DNA of 64,000 nt from Flavobacteriaceae bacterium (GTDB lineage: Bacteria; Bacteroidota; Bacteroidia; Flavobacteriales; Flavobacteriaceae). This document shows, one piece after another, positions 30,175 through 40,440 of the stretch. The stretch covers positions 10,407 through 74,406 of the forward strand of contig JALWKK010000085.1 in the NCBI GenBank assembly GCA_027081505.1, read 5' to 3'. The notes beneath the pieces were generated by a model. It was not told the origin of the DNA, ran no database searches, and saw only the letters and a program-made list of their open reading frames with translations. Every line of letters starts with the position of its first letter. Position 1 is the first letter of the stretch. The position numbers and the translations under genes are program-made.

Positions 30175-31076
30175 TATTTTCTAAGTTTAGCTAATTCTTG
30201 AAAAAGTTGTTTTTCCTTTGGTGATAGGTTTTTTGGAATTTTTATGTTATACGTAACGAATAAATCGCCGTTAACTCCTTCTTTTTTATAAACAGGGAAT
30301 CCTTTTCCTTTTAATTTTACTTTGGTGTTGTTTTGTGTTTCGGGTTTTACTTTTAGCTTTACTTTTCCGTCTAAGGTGTTTATGGTTATTTCGCCTCCCA
30401 AAACTGCGGTGTATAAGTCTAAATCTATAGTAGTGTAAAGATTGCTACCGTCTCTTTTGAACTTCGTGTTGTTTGTAATTGAAAAAGTGATGTACAAATC
30501 GCCGTTTGGTCCTCCGTTTATTCCGGGACCTCCTTTGCCTTTAATTTTTATTACCTGACCGTTTTCTACTCCGGCAGGTATTGTTAGGCGTATCTTCTTA
30601 TTATTTACGGTAATTACCTGTTTTTGAGTCTTGTAAACATCGGTAAGGTTTAGGTGTAATTCGGCGTTGTAATCTTGTCCTCTAAACTTTACAGACCTCC
30701 TTCCGCCGGCACCTGATGCACCGCCAAACATCGAACTAAAAAAGTCGGAAAAGTCTTCGCCGTCAAAACCGGTGTGTTGTGCGCCGCCAAAACCACCGGC
30801 ATATTGTTGTTGCGATTGCCGTTGTTTATTTGCCTTTTCTATTTCATCGGCATGTTGCCAATGTTCGCCGTATTTATCGTATTTTTTTCTATTTTCGGGA
30901 TTGCTTAATACTTCGTTTGCTTCGTTTATTTGTTTAAACTTTTTTTCTGCTTCTTTGTTGTTCGGGTTTACATCCGGATGGTACTTTCGTGCTAATTTAC
31001 GGTACGCTTTTTTTATGTCCTTTTCGGAAGCGTTTTTAGATAAACCCAGAACTTTATAATAATCTATATATGCCAT
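30174..31076 (-). CDS. cbpA: DnaJ-class chaperone CbpA
   Basis: J domain HPD, G/F region, DnaJ_C, no Zn finger. Confidence 0.92.
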   Translation of the reverse strand: MAYIDYYKVLGLSKNASEKDIKKAYRKLARKYHPDVNPNNKEAEKKFKQINEANEVLSNPENRKKYDKYGEHWQHADEIEKANKQRQSQQQYAGGFGGAQHTGFDGEDFSDFFSSMFGGASGAGGRRSVKFRGQDYNAELHLNLTDVYKTQKQVITVNNKKIRLTIPAGVENGQVIKIKGKGGPGINGGPNGDLYITFSITNNTKFKRDGSNLYTTIDLDLYTAVLGGEITINTLDGKVKLKVKPETQNNTKVKLKGKGFPVYKKEGVNGDLFVTYNIKIPKNLSPKEKQLFQELAKLRK

Positions 31077-31239
31077 ATTGTTTTTTCTTGGTTTTATACC
31101 AGTTTATATTGCATTTCCTATTCTGAAAAATACTAGTAAAGACTGATGTTTTTTAGTAATTCCATATTCGCAAGAATTTTGCCAACACAAGGTACAATCT
31201 TTTTATGGATAGAGTGATGTGTGTTTCTGTCAATTTGTC

Positions 31240-32271
31240 TTAAAAATACTTTTTTTTTAGACAAAAAGCCACTTTCACCAATAGGATAAGAGCAGGTACT
31301 TCTACTAAAGGTCCTACCACTCCTGCAAATGCTTCGCCGGAGTTTAACCCGAAAACCGCAATAGCAACAGCAATAGCCAATTCAAAATTATTGCCTGCTG
31401 CAGTAAAAGATACCGATGCTACTTTATCGTAGGAAGCGCCCATTTTTTTACTAATAAAAAAGCTGATAAAAAACATAATAATAAAATACAAAACTAGCGG
31501 GATTGCAATTATTAGTACATCCATGGGAATGGTAACTATTAATTTTCCTTTTAACGAAAACATTAATACAATGGTAAACAATAAAGCTATAAGTGTAATG
31601 GGTGATATAGCGGGAATAAACTTTTGCGAATACCATGAGTTTCCTTTCAATCGGGTAAGAAAAAACCGACTTAAAATCCCCAAAAAAAACGGAATTTCTA
31701 AGTAAATTAAAACACTCTCTGCTATGGTAGCTATAGAAATATCGACAATAGCTCCTTCAAACCCGAATAATGGCGGAAGTTTGGTAATAAATAACCACGC
31801 GTAAAAGCTGTAAGCAAACACCTGAAAAATACTGTTTATGGCTACCAAGCCCGCTCCGTATTCGCTACTTCCTTCGGCTAAATCGTTCCAAACTAAAACC
31901 ATTGCAATACAACGAGCCAAACCTATTAAGATGAGTCCGGTCATATATTCGGGATAATCTCTTAAAAAAGTAATGGCAAGAAAGAACATAAGTAAGGGAC
32001 CCACAATCCAATTTAAAAAAACCGAAATGGAAAGTATTTTTACATCTTTAAATACTTTGGGAAGCAATGCGTAATTTACTTTTGCAAGAGGTGGATACAT
32101 CATTAAAATTAACCCGATAGCAAGCGGAATATTGGTAGTTCCGGAATTTAAAAAATTTATTTTTTCGGGGATAGTTGGAAAAAAATATCCCAAATCTACA
32201 CCCAGCAACATTGCTAAAAATATCCAAAGGGTTAAATACGAATCTAAAAAAGATAGTTTTTTATTTTTCAT
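31240..32271 (-). CDS. acr3: ACR3 family arsenite efflux transporter
   Basis: [36 protein letters not shown]. Confidence 0.96.
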   Translation of the reverse strand: MKNKKLSFLDSYLTLWIFLAMLLGVDLGYFFPTIPEKINFLNSGTTNIPLAIGLILMMYPPLAKVNYALLPKVFKDVKILSISVFLNWIVGPLLMFFLAITFLRDYPEYMTGLILIGLARCIAMVLVWNDLAEGSSEYGAGLVAINSIFQVFAYSFYAWLFITKLPPLFGFEGAIVDISIATIAESVLIYLEIPFFLGILSRFFLTRLKGNSWYSQKFIPAISPITLIALLFTIVLMFSLKGKLIVTIPMDVLIIAIPLVLYFIIMFFISFFISKKMGASYDKVASVSFTAAGNNFELAIAVAIAVFGLNSGEAFAGVVGPLVEVPALILLVKVAFCLKKKYF

Positions 32272-32884
32272 CTTGCTTTTTTACAAGTGAGAAAACATAA
32301 AACATTTCGGAAGCTATTTGGAGGCTTCTTTCGGTATATTTATTTAATTCTTCAGGTGTGTTGTCGGCTTTTTTAGGGTCTTCGTAAGTAATGGGTATTC
32401 GGCTTTCGGCACCGGGAATAAACGGACAGTTTTCGTCGGCGTGAGAGCAAGTCATCACGGCAGCAAAATTTTTATTTGGATTTAAGGCGTGGTCAAAAAT
32501 CTTAGAAAACATTTTTAAAGGCGGGCAACCGGCAGAATAATACAGCCAAATAACGGGATTCTCTTTTCCCTGTTCGATTACTATTTTGATTCCTGAATTT
32601 TCTAACACTTGATACGCACTTTTATAAAAATCGGTTTCTTCTACACCTCCCGAGTAACAACACACCGGAATGTTATGGTAAGAAGCTGTAATTTGCGCCC
32701 AAGCTTGCGCTAACTGACTTCTTCTTGAATTATGGGTGCAAATAAAATTGAGTTGCACAGGCTCATTGGCTTGTATTTTTTCAAGAATAAAAACAACGAG
32801 TTCGTTTAGCAACTCTTTTCGGTCTTCCGGTATTTTTTGAGCGGAAGCTTTTTGTAAATAGGCTTCAATTTCTGGAAAAATCAT
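32261..32884 (-). CDS. arsC: LMW-PTP-fold arsenate reductase
   Basis: [11 protein letters not shown]-loop, [16 protein letters not shown]. Confidence 0.85.
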   Translation of the reverse strand: MIFPEIEAYLQKASAQKIPEDRKELLNELVVFILEKIQANEPVQLNFICTHNSRRSQLAQAWAQITASYHNIPVCCYSGGVEETDFYKSAYQVLENSGIKIVIEQGKENPVIWLYYSAGCPPLKMFSKIFDHALNPNKNFAAVMTCSHADENCPFIPGAESRIPITYEDPKKADNTPEELNKYTERSLQIASEMFYVFSLVKKQDEK

Positions 32885-32894
32885 TGTGCTAATA

Positions 32895-33779
32895 TTAACA
32901 GCAATCTGTTCCAGGATCGCAACAAGAATTTTGAATTTCTGAAAGTTTCATTTTAGATTTTGTACTTTTCGCTCCGGGCTTTTCCGCATAAACGGTAATA
33001 CTGAATATTCCGGTAGTTCCGTTATTAAAGGTTGTGATTTCTTCTTCCGAAAGATATTTTGAAAGAATATCGTTGGGAATGACAATGGTTTTTTCTTTTT
33101 GAATGGTTATGTTGCTAAAACCGGCATCTTTAATATACTGCAAATAATCTTGCTTTTGTATGGCTCCTGCTACGCAACCTGCGTACATTTCGGCATCTTG
33201 GCGTAGTGCTTCAGGTAAGTTGCCTACCAGCACGATATCCGAAATACTAAAATGCCCTCCGGGTTTAAGCACTCTGTAAATTTCGTTAATTACTTTTTGT
33301 TTGTCAGGTACCAAGTTTAACACACAATTACTTACCACTACATCGGCAACATTATCACTTACCGGCATATCATCTATATCTCCTTCTCTAAACTCTACAT
33401 TATTAAACCCGAGTTTCTCGGCATTTTCACGTGCTTTTTTTATCATTATCGGCGTAAAATCGATACCGATAACCTTTCCGGTTTCGCCGGTTTCGTATCT
33501 TGCGACAAAGCAATCGTTTCCGGCACCGGAGCCAAGATCTATAACGGTATCACCTTTTTCTATTTTCGCAAACCGGGTAGGAAGTCCGCACCCTAAACCC
33601 AAATCGGCATCCTCTACATAACCTTCGGTTTGGCTGTAATCGTCCATCATAATGTTATACACTTTATTGGTTGGGGTAGTGGCTCCGCAACAAGACGAAG
33701 CATTTTCTACTTTTCCTTGCAGGGCTATTTTACTGTATTTTTCTTTTACAATGTTTTTTAATTGTTTTTCTGTTTTCAT
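32895..33779 (-). CDS. arsM: Arsenite S-adenosylmethionine methyltransferase
   Basis: SCC, LGCGLP, DLGSGAG, SNCV, AGCVAGA. Confidence 0.93.
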   Translation of the reverse strand: MKTEKQLKNIVKEKYSKIALQGKVENASSCCGATTPTNKVYNIMMDDYSQTEGYVEDADLGLGCGLPTRFAKIEKGDTVIDLGSGAGNDCFVARYETGETGKVIGIDFTPIMIKKARENAEKLGFNNVEFREGDIDDMPVSDNVADVVVSNCVLNLVPDKQKVINEIYRVLKPGGHFSISDIVLVGNLPEALRQDAEMYAGCVAGAIQKQDYLQYIKDAGFSNITIQKEKTIVIPNDILSKYLSEEEITTFNNGTTGIFSITVYAEKPGAKSTKSKMKLSEIQNSCCDPGTDCC

Positions 33780-33791
33780 TTTATATAAATT

Positions 33792-34121
33792 TTAAATGTT
33801 GCAACAACTTGCAACGGTTTTATTGAAATAGGAATTAAATAGTTCTTGCATTTGCCGGAATTTCTCGACGTTTAGACAATAGCAAATCGTTTTTCCTTTA
33901 AAAGTGCCTTTTAACAAACCTGCGGCATTAATTACTTGCAAATGTTGCGAAATGGTAGGTTGCGACAGCCCGACTTTATCTACAATGTCACCACAAATAC
34001 AGGAATCTTGCGAAGCGATGTATTGCAAAATAGAGACTCGAGCCGGATGTGCAAATACTTTTGCAAATTGTGCCATTTCTATTTGCTCTTGGGTATGTAT
34101 GGATAATTTTGAGGCGCCCAT
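33792..34121 (-). CDS. arsR: ArsR/SmtB family repressor
   Basis: HPAR, CICGD, SQPTISQHL, terminal CC. Confidence 0.93.
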   Translation of the reverse strand: MGASKLSIHTQEQIEMAQFAKVFAHPARVSILQYIASQDSCICGDIVDKVGLSQPTISQHLQVINAAGLLKGTFKGKTICYCLNVEKFRQMQELFNSYFNKTVASCCNI

Positions 34122-34166
34122 TTTTTCAGGCTTCTATATTTGTTGTTTAATCGTTAAACACGAAAA

Positions 34167-34184
34167 GTAATATTGCAATATTAC
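34167..34184. promoter_or_regulatory. Probable ArsR operator
   Basis: Perfect 18-bp palindrome GTAATATTGCAATATTAC 46 nt upstream of arsR, abutting a -7-like element. Confidence 0.7.
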
Positions 34185-34317
34185 AATGAAGAAATGAATT
34201 AAAAAAATATTTTATCATTGGTTTTAGGAAGTTTTTTGGGAGTAAAAAAAAACAATATAATAAATCCTTGATTTTATCAAATATCTGGATTTACTGTTTA
34301 AGCCGTGTCAAAGAATA

Positions 34318-34692
34318 CTAAAACGGAAGATCGTCCGGTTCTTCCGTATTAATATCGGTTGCGGGTTCAAAGGCGTCTTCGGGTGGCATAGGTGGTAAAT
34401 CATGTGGCATTTCGGGTTGTAAGCTCTCGATACGCCATCCTTGAATGGAGTTAAAATATTTTACTTCACCTTGCGGATTGGTCCATTCTCTTCCTCTTAT
34501 GTTTATGCTTATTTTTACGTCTTGTCCCTCTGTAAAATTATTTAATAAATCGCACTTGTCCTGAATAAATTCAACCAGAATACTTTGCGGGTATTGCTCT
34601 TGGGTTGTAATAACCAATTCTCTTTTTCTAAAACCGTTGTTTCCGTATTCTTTAGTTTCGCCTATAAGTTTAATTTTTCCTTGTAATTCCAT
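34318..34692 (-). CDS. DUF3127 family protein (SSB-like OB fold)
   Basis: FRKRELV, QYPQ, NIRGREW, YFNSIQGWRI, DDLPF tail. Confidence 0.92.
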   Translation of the reverse strand: MELQGKIKLIGETKEYGNNGFRKRELVITTQEQYPQSILVEFIQDKCDLLNNFTEGQDVKISINIRGREWTNPQGEVKYFNSIQGWRIESLQPEMPHDLPPMPPEDAFEPATDINTEEPDDLPF

Positions 34693-34711
34693 TTTGATAA
34701 TTGTTTATATA

Positions 34712-35599
34712 TTATTTAGTAAGTACATCCATTGCCATTAATAATTTTAAGGCATCTTTTACAAACCCTTTTTGTATCATTTTTTGGGCTTGTTGGTGTG
34801 TTTTTTCGTAAGTTGCTTCTTTAAAATGCGGGCATCCGTTTATTCCTTTTTCAATAAAAGTGTTTATTTCTTCTTTTGTAGGAAGTTGTTCAAGAGAACC
34901 TAAAATCCCTAAGTCGTTTCCCGTTAAAACCGTACTGTTTCTCACGTTTTCGGGAAGTGCATCTACTCCTATTCCTAATTTTGAAATGGGTTTGGGTATT
35001 TGAAACATTCCTTCTTTAGACCGATTGTACCAAGTCCCTCCCATTCGGGCTACGGGATCTAATTTTTTAGCATCAATTTTTCCTTCTTTATCTAAAACAG
35101 CTTCGTTTATATGTAGTTGTACGACTTCGCAAATTACCAAATTTCCGGCACCTCCTTCATTCCCCAGAGCAATAATTTGATTTACTTTACATTCAAACTG
35201 TACAGGAGATTCGGCAACTCGGGGAGGTGCTACTTTTAACGAAGGTAAAGGTGTAAACCCTGCTTTTTTAAATTCGCTTATTCCTTTAGGAAACTCGGCT
35301 GAAGAAAGTGACATTTGTTGTACCATATCGTGGTTTACAATATTGATGACCACTTCTTTGTTTTGTAAAACATTTTCTAAAGTATGTTTGGTTGTATTAT
35401 CACGTACCCTTCTGGCAGGCGAAAATATTAGAATGGGCGGATTGGCACTAAAAACATTAAAAAAACTAAAAGGCGAAAGGTTACTAACCCCTTTTTCGTC
35501 TATGGTGCTGGAAAGTGCAATGGGTCTTGGAGCAATGGCTCCAAGCAAATATCCATGTAACTTTCCGGTGCTTATTTCTTTTGGATTAATCGTTATCAT
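34712..35599 (-). CDS. Flavin reductase family protein
   Basis: APRPIA, NLSPFSFFN, ESPVQFEC. Confidence 0.92.
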   Translation of the reverse strand: MITINPKEISTGKLHGYLLGAIAPRPIALSSTIDEKGVSNLSPFSFFNVFSANPPILIFSPARRVRDNTTKHTLENVLQNKEVVINIVNHDMVQQMSLSSAEFPKGISEFKKAGFTPLPSLKVAPPRVAESPVQFECKVNQIIALGNEGGAGNLVICEVVQLHINEAVLDKEGKIDAKKLDPVARMGGTWYNRSKEGMFQIPKPISKLGIGVDALPENVRNSTVLTGNDLGILGSLEQLPTKEEINTFIEKGINGCPHFKEATYEKTHQQAQKMIQKGFVKDALKLLMAMDVLTK

Positions 35600-35702
35600 A
35601 GTTTGCAAATATATTGAAACACTTAGAGTTGAAAAAAAATGTTAGCATAATAATATTAACAGAATTCGTTTATATTTATAGTCTTGAAAATTAATTTTTT
35701 TT

Positions 35703-36869
35703 ATGTTTAAAAATTTGAAAACCTATCGATGGTTTTTTATCGTTGTTTCGTTTATTATTATTGGGTTAATAGGGTTTAACACCGTTGTTTTTTTTAACAG
35801 ATTAAAGGAAGATGAACGCACCAAGATGGAAATTTGGGCTACTGCTCAAGAAGATGTTAGAAAAATAGATGTAAATAACAAACATAATAATGAGCTGCTT
35901 TCCAACGAAACGGTTTTAAAAGTGCTACAAAGCAACACGACTACCCCAATGATTTCGTATAGTCCAAATGAAAAAACCTATGATTATAGAAACATTAAAG
36001 ATTCAGAAATAAATACTCCTGAAAAAAGAGACCGTCTTATCCGGAAATTTTCTGAAGAATACACTCCCATAGATATTACTTTTAACGGAGAAGTACTGCA
36101 AACCATATATTACGGCAATTCTCCGCTGATAAATAAAATTAAGTATTACCCTGCTGCCTTAGTGCTTATTATGTTATTGTTTTTTTTAGCTATTTATTTG
36201 TTTTTTAGAACTTCAAAAGAAGCAGAACAAAATAAGCTTTGGGCTGGAATGGCAAAGGAAACCGCACACCAAATAGGCACACCCTTATCGTCATTGGTAG
36301 GTTGGACAGAAATTTTAAAAACCGAAAATGTAAATCCGAAATATGTTTCGGAAATAGAAAAAGACATCGATCGTCTTAAAACCATAACCGAGCGTTTTTC
36401 TAAAATTGGTTCGATACCCGAAATTATAAAAACCGATTTGGTTACAACTACAACCGAAGCTATAGATTACTTAAAGAGACGAAGCTCAAAACTTATAGAA
36501 TTTTCTATTACAACTCCCAACCGACCTATTTATGTAAATCTTAATAAACAATTGTACGGCTGGACTATTGAAAACTTAGTGCGCAACGCTATCGACGCAA
36601 TGAAAGGAAAAGGCAGTATTACTATTATCATTGAAGAATCCGAAAAATATGCACTTGTAAAGGTTTCGGATACCGGAAAAGGAATTGCAAGAAAAGATTA
36701 CAATCAAATATTTACTCCGGGTTTTACTTCAAAAAAACGAGGTTGGGGTTTGGGACTTTCGCTTGCAAAACGAATTATTGAAAAATACCACAAAGGCAGA
36801 ATACGGGTGCTTAAAAGCTCTCTTGGTAAAGGTACCACTATGGAAATTTCTTTAAAGAAAACCAGTTAA
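35703..36869 (+). CDS. Sensor histidine kinase
   Basis: ETAHQIGTPLS, ENLVRNAIDA, DTGKG, GWGLGL. Confidence 0.95.
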   Translation: MFKNLKTYRWFFIVVSFIIIGLIGFNTVVFFNRLKEDERTKMEIWATAQEDVRKIDVNNKHNNELLSNETVLKVLQSNTTTPMISYSPNEKTYDYRNIKDSEINTPEKRDRLIRKFSEEYTPIDITFNGEVLQTIYYGNSPLINKIKYYPAALVLIMLLFFLAIYLFFRTSKEAEQNKLWAGMAKETAHQIGTPLSSLVGWTEILKTENVNPKYVSEIEKDIDRLKTITERFSKIGSIPEIIKTDLVTTTTEAIDYLKRRSSKLIEFSITTPNRPIYVNLNKQLYGWTIENLVRNAIDAMKGKGSITIIIEESEKYALVKVSDTGKGIARKDYNQIFTPGFTSKKRGWGLGLSLAKRIIEKYHKGRIRVLKSSLGKGTTMEISLKKTS

Positions 36870-37258
36870 TCAAAATTTTTACGAATGGCGGAAGCGATTT
36901 TTTGAAATTCTTCGGAAGTGAGTTTCACTTTTTTTGAAAAAGACATGTCTTCCATCGTATTAAGCGGAATTAAATGTACGTGTACATGCGGCACTTCCAA
37001 ACCAATTACTGCCATTCCTACTCTATTACAAGGTATTGTTTTTTTAATGGCCAATCCTATCTTTCGGGAAAATTGCATCAAACCCGTATAGGTTTCTTCG
37101 TCTAAATCCAATAATTTATTTACTTCTTTTTTAGGCACGCATAATGTATGTCCTTTTGCGTTGGGGTTGATATCTAAAAAAGCAAAAAAATCATCGGTTT
37201 CTGCAATCTTATAACAAGGGATTTCTCCTTTTATTATTTTGGTAAATACGGTTGGCAT
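36866..37258 (-). CDS. HIT family protein
   Basis: HVHVH triad. Confidence 0.95.
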   Translation of the reverse strand: MPTVFTKIIKGEIPCYKIAETDDFFAFLDINPNAKGHTLCVPKKEVNKLLDLDEETYTGLMQFSRKIGLAIKKTIPCNRVGMAVIGLEVPHVHVHLIPLNTMEDMSFSKKVKLTSEEFQKIASAIRKNFD

Positions 37259-37734
37259 TAGTCTCGTGTTATTTCTATCACATCAAACTTCATAATTCCG
37301 TTCGGAACGATAATTTCTGCGGTGTCGCCCACTTTTTTTCCCAACAACCCTTTCCCGATAGGTGAATCAACCGAGATTTTTCCCACTGCCAAATCGGCTT
37401 CACTTTGTGCAACCAATTTATAAGTCATTTCCATACCGTTTTCTTGATTTTTTATTTTTACGGTTGAATGGATAAGCACTTTGGATGTGTCTAATTGCGA
37501 TTCGTCTATAATACGGGCATTGGCAAGAATTTCTTCCAGCTTTGATATCCGCATTTCCAACATTCCTTGTGCTTCTTTTGCAGCGTCGTACTCGGCATTT
37601 TCACTTAAATCGCCTTTGTCTCTCGCTTCTGCAATGGCTTGTGATGCCTTAGGACGCTCTACATCTTTTAAGTGGTTTAACTCGTCGCGTAATTTTTTCA
37701 GTCCTTCTGCGGTATAATAAGATACTTTACTCAT
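37258..37734 (-). CDS. greA: Transcription elongation factor GreA
   Basis: [22 protein letters not shown]. Confidence 0.98.
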   Translation of the reverse strand: MSKVSYYTAEGLKKLRDELNHLKDVERPKASQAIAEARDKGDLSENAEYDAAKEAQGMLEMRISKLEEILANARIIDESQLDTSKVLIHSTVKIKNQENGMEMTYKLVAQSEADLAVGKISVDSPIGKGLLGKKVGDTAEIIVPNGIMKFDVIEITRD

Positions 37735-37876
37735 AGCTTCATCGTTTAATACACATTATAATAAAAAAATCCCGCGCCAAAAAAATGGATTCATGGGATT
37801 TTACGATACAAATATATTAAAAAAAATATTGTTGTACTTTTGAAAAATATTAAAATGTGAATTTTTTACTAAAATT

Positions 37877-38314
37877 ATGATAAAAAAAATAGCTTTTTTT
37901 TTCTTGTTGACTGTTTGCTTTTCTTGTAGTAAAGAAGACAGGTTAAGAAATAACAACCCTAATTTGATTACTCCTTTGGTAAATTTAAATTTAAACTTAA
38001 ACCTACCTGAATATACTCCGTTACAGTTTCCGGGAAACCATCTTATTATTACGCAACAAGGTATAAAAGGAATTGTTGTTTTCAATATAAACAACAGCCA
38101 ATATACCGCTTTTGAGATTAGCGACCCGAATCATACTCCTAATAGTTGCTCGGCAATGACTGTAGAGGGCATTGAAGCTTCTTGTCCTTGCGAAGATGAT
38201 GAAAACACCTATGATATTGTTACCGGACAGCATAAAACCAACCCGGACACAAAATTCCCGATGCTGCGCTACCAAGTTGAACTAAATGGAGAAAATTTAC
38301 GTATTTTTAATTAA
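37877..38314 (+). CDS. Lipoprotein with Rieske-like fold
   Basis: FSC lipobox; DPNH, CPC, YDIVTG. Confidence 0.65.
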   Translation: MIKKIAFFFLLTVCFSCSKEDRLRNNNPNLITPLVNLNLNLNLPEYTPLQFPGNHLIITQQGIKGIVVFNINNSQYTAFEISDPNHTPNSCSAMTVEGIEASCPCEDDENTYDIVTGQHKTNPDTKFPMLRYQVELNGENLRIFN

Positions 38315-39189
38315 GTTGAAGTGTCTTCTGTTTTTTCTCTTAATGGTCTGTTTAGTACTAAATCTAAATATAGATTAATCTTTCTTTTTAAATCTTTTCG
38401 GTGAGTTATAAAATCTAAAAAACCGTGTTCTAAAACAAACTCGGATGTTTGAAATCCTTCCGGTAATTCTTTTCCTGTGGTATCTCTTACCACTCTGGGT
38501 CCGGCAAAACCAATTAAGGCACCGGGTTCGCTAATATTAATATCTCCCAGCATTGCAAAAGAGGCAGTTGTTCCGCCTGTAGTTGGATCGGTACATAAAG
38601 AGATGTACGGAATTTTAGCTTCTGATAATTGTGCCAAAACGGCACTGGTTTTTGCTAATTGCATAAGTGAAAGTGCCGCTTCCATCATTCGAGCTCCGCC
38701 ACTTTTCGAAATTAATAAAAAAGGTATTTTATGTTTTAAAGCATATTTTCCTGCACGGGCTATTTTTTCACCTACAACGCTTCCCATAGATCCTCCTATA
38801 AAGGTGAAATCCATACAGGCAATAACAATGTCTTCTCCCATAGATTTACCCACAGCAGTACGAATGGCATCTTTTAATCCGGTTTTTTGTTGGGCTTCTT
38901 TCAGACGGTCTTTGTACTTCTTTTTATCTTCAAATTTTAACGGGTCTTTTGATGTGAGATTTTTATCTAATTCTTTAAACTTGTTATCATCAAACAATAT
39001 TTCAAAATATTCTTTACTTCCAATTCGAACATGATACCCATCTTCCGGACTTACATAAAAGTTTTTTTCGAGTTCTTCTGCTTCTACAATTTTTCCGGTA
39101 GGCGATTTATACCAAAGACCTTTTGGGATGTCTTTTTTTTCTTTTGTCGGGGTTTGAATTCCTTTTTTTGTTCTTTTAAACCAGCTCAT
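38311..39189 (-). CDS. accD: Acetyl-CoA carboxylase carboxyltransferase beta
   Basis: [27 protein letters not shown]. Confidence 0.98.
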   Translation of the reverse strand: MSWFKRTKKGIQTPTKEKKDIPKGLWYKSPTGKIVEAEELEKNFYVSPEDGYHVRIGSKEYFEILFDDNKFKELDKNLTSKDPLKFEDKKKYKDRLKEAQQKTGLKDAIRTAVGKSMGEDIVIACMDFTFIGGSMGSVVGEKIARAGKYALKHKIPFLLISKSGGARMMEAALSLMQLAKTSAVLAQLSEAKIPYISLCTDPTTGGTTASFAMLGDINISEPGALIGFAGPRVVRDTTGKELPEGFQTSEFVLEHGFLDFITHRKDLKRKINLYLDLVLNRPLREKTEDTST

Positions 39190-39218
39190 AATTATTGTAA
39201 TTAGGGAAGTTTTATTAT

Positions 39219-40286
39219 TTAAAGAGTGTTTATATTTTTAAGGTCGCGGAATGCTTGTTCTAACCTTTTTGAAAAAGACAACTCACCTTCTCGTAACCAT
39301 TTTCTGGGGTCATAATATTTTTTATTAGGCTTGTCTGCTCCTTCGGGGTTTCCGATTTGGGTTTTCAAATAGTCTATATTTTTTATCATATAATTTCGTA
39401 CTCCTTCATTAAAAGCAAATTGAAGGTCGGTATCGATATTCATTTTTACCACACCATAGGTGATGGCTTCCCTTATTTCTTCTAAGGTAGAACCGCTTCC
39501 GCCGTGAAACACAAAATCAATTGGGTTGTGTTGCGTATTGTATTTTTTTTGAATAAATTCTTGCGAATTTTTTAAGATAATGGGTTGCAATTTTACGTTT
39601 CCGGGTTTGTAAACGCCGTGTACATTTCCAAAGGCTGCAGCTATGGTAAATTGGTCGCTGACTTTTCGAAGTTCTTCGTAGGCATAGGCTACTTCTTCGG
39701 GTTGGGTGTATAGTTTCGATGAATCTACATCTGTGTTATCTACGCCATCTTCTTCGCCTCCGGTTATTCCCAGTTCAATTTCAAGTGTCATCCCCATTTT
39801 GCTCATTCGTTCCAGATATCGTTTACTTATTTCAATATTTTCTTCGATAGGTTCTTCAGAAAGATCTAACATATGCGAACTGTACAAAGGCTTTCCGGTT
39901 TGGTTATAAAACTTTTCTCCGGCGTCTAACAAACCATCTATCCAAGGCAGTAATTTTTTTGCACAATGGTCTGTATGCATAATAACGGTAGCTCCATATT
40001 GTTTTGCGAGTTGATGTACGTGTTTGGCTCCCGTAACGCCACCTGCAATTGCAGCTCTTTGGTTTTCGTTAGAGAGACCTTTTCCCGCATTAAAATGTGC
40101 TCCTCCGTTTGAAAACTGAATAATAACCGGGGCATTTAACCGAGAGGCGGTTTCCATTACGGTGTTCATCGAGTTAGAACCTATTACGTTTACTGCAGGT
40201 AATGCAAAACCTTTTTGTTTGGCATAGTTAAAAATAGCTTGAACTTCTTTTCCTGTTGCTACTCCGGGTTTAATTTGGTGACTCAT
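39219..40286 (-). CDS. fbaA: Class II fructose-bisphosphate aldolase
   Basis: HTDH, GGEEDG, GNVHG, HGGSG, NIDTD. Confidence 0.98.
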   Translation of the reverse strand: MSHQIKPGVATGKEVQAIFNYAKQKGFALPAVNVIGSNSMNTVMETASRLNAPVIIQFSNGGAHFNAGKGLSNENQRAAIAGGVTGAKHVHQLAKQYGATVIMHTDHCAKKLLPWIDGLLDAGEKFYNQTGKPLYSSHMLDLSEEPIEENIEISKRYLERMSKMGMTLEIELGITGGEEDGVDNTDVDSSKLYTQPEEVAYAYEELRKVSDQFTIAAAFGNVHGVYKPGNVKLQPIILKNSQEFIQKKYNTQHNPIDFVFHGGSGSTLEEIREAITYGVVKMNIDTDLQFAFNEGVRNYMIKNIDYLKTQIGNPEGADKPNKKYYDPRKWLREGELSFSKRLEQAFRDLKNINTL

Positions 40287-40440
40287 AACAAAAATTTTAA
40301 TGGATTACAAAAATAGGAAATATAATTAGATTAATGATTTTTTTCCGATTGGAGATTTATTCGATTGCAGATTTAAGATGTATGAATTTACCTCACATTT
40401 CACTGAAATACTGCCCACTGAATATTGCTGACTGAAAAAT

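Noticed and set aside
37766-37802. AAAATCCC...GGGATTTT hairpin upstream of greA
   Set aside because: Could be an attenuator, but the stem is short and the loop long; not supportable from sequence alone
38477-39034. Long antisense ORFs (also 45539-46009, 59437-60093 and other short ones in the track)
   Set aside because: They lie fully opposite well-conserved genes and carry no recognisable motifs
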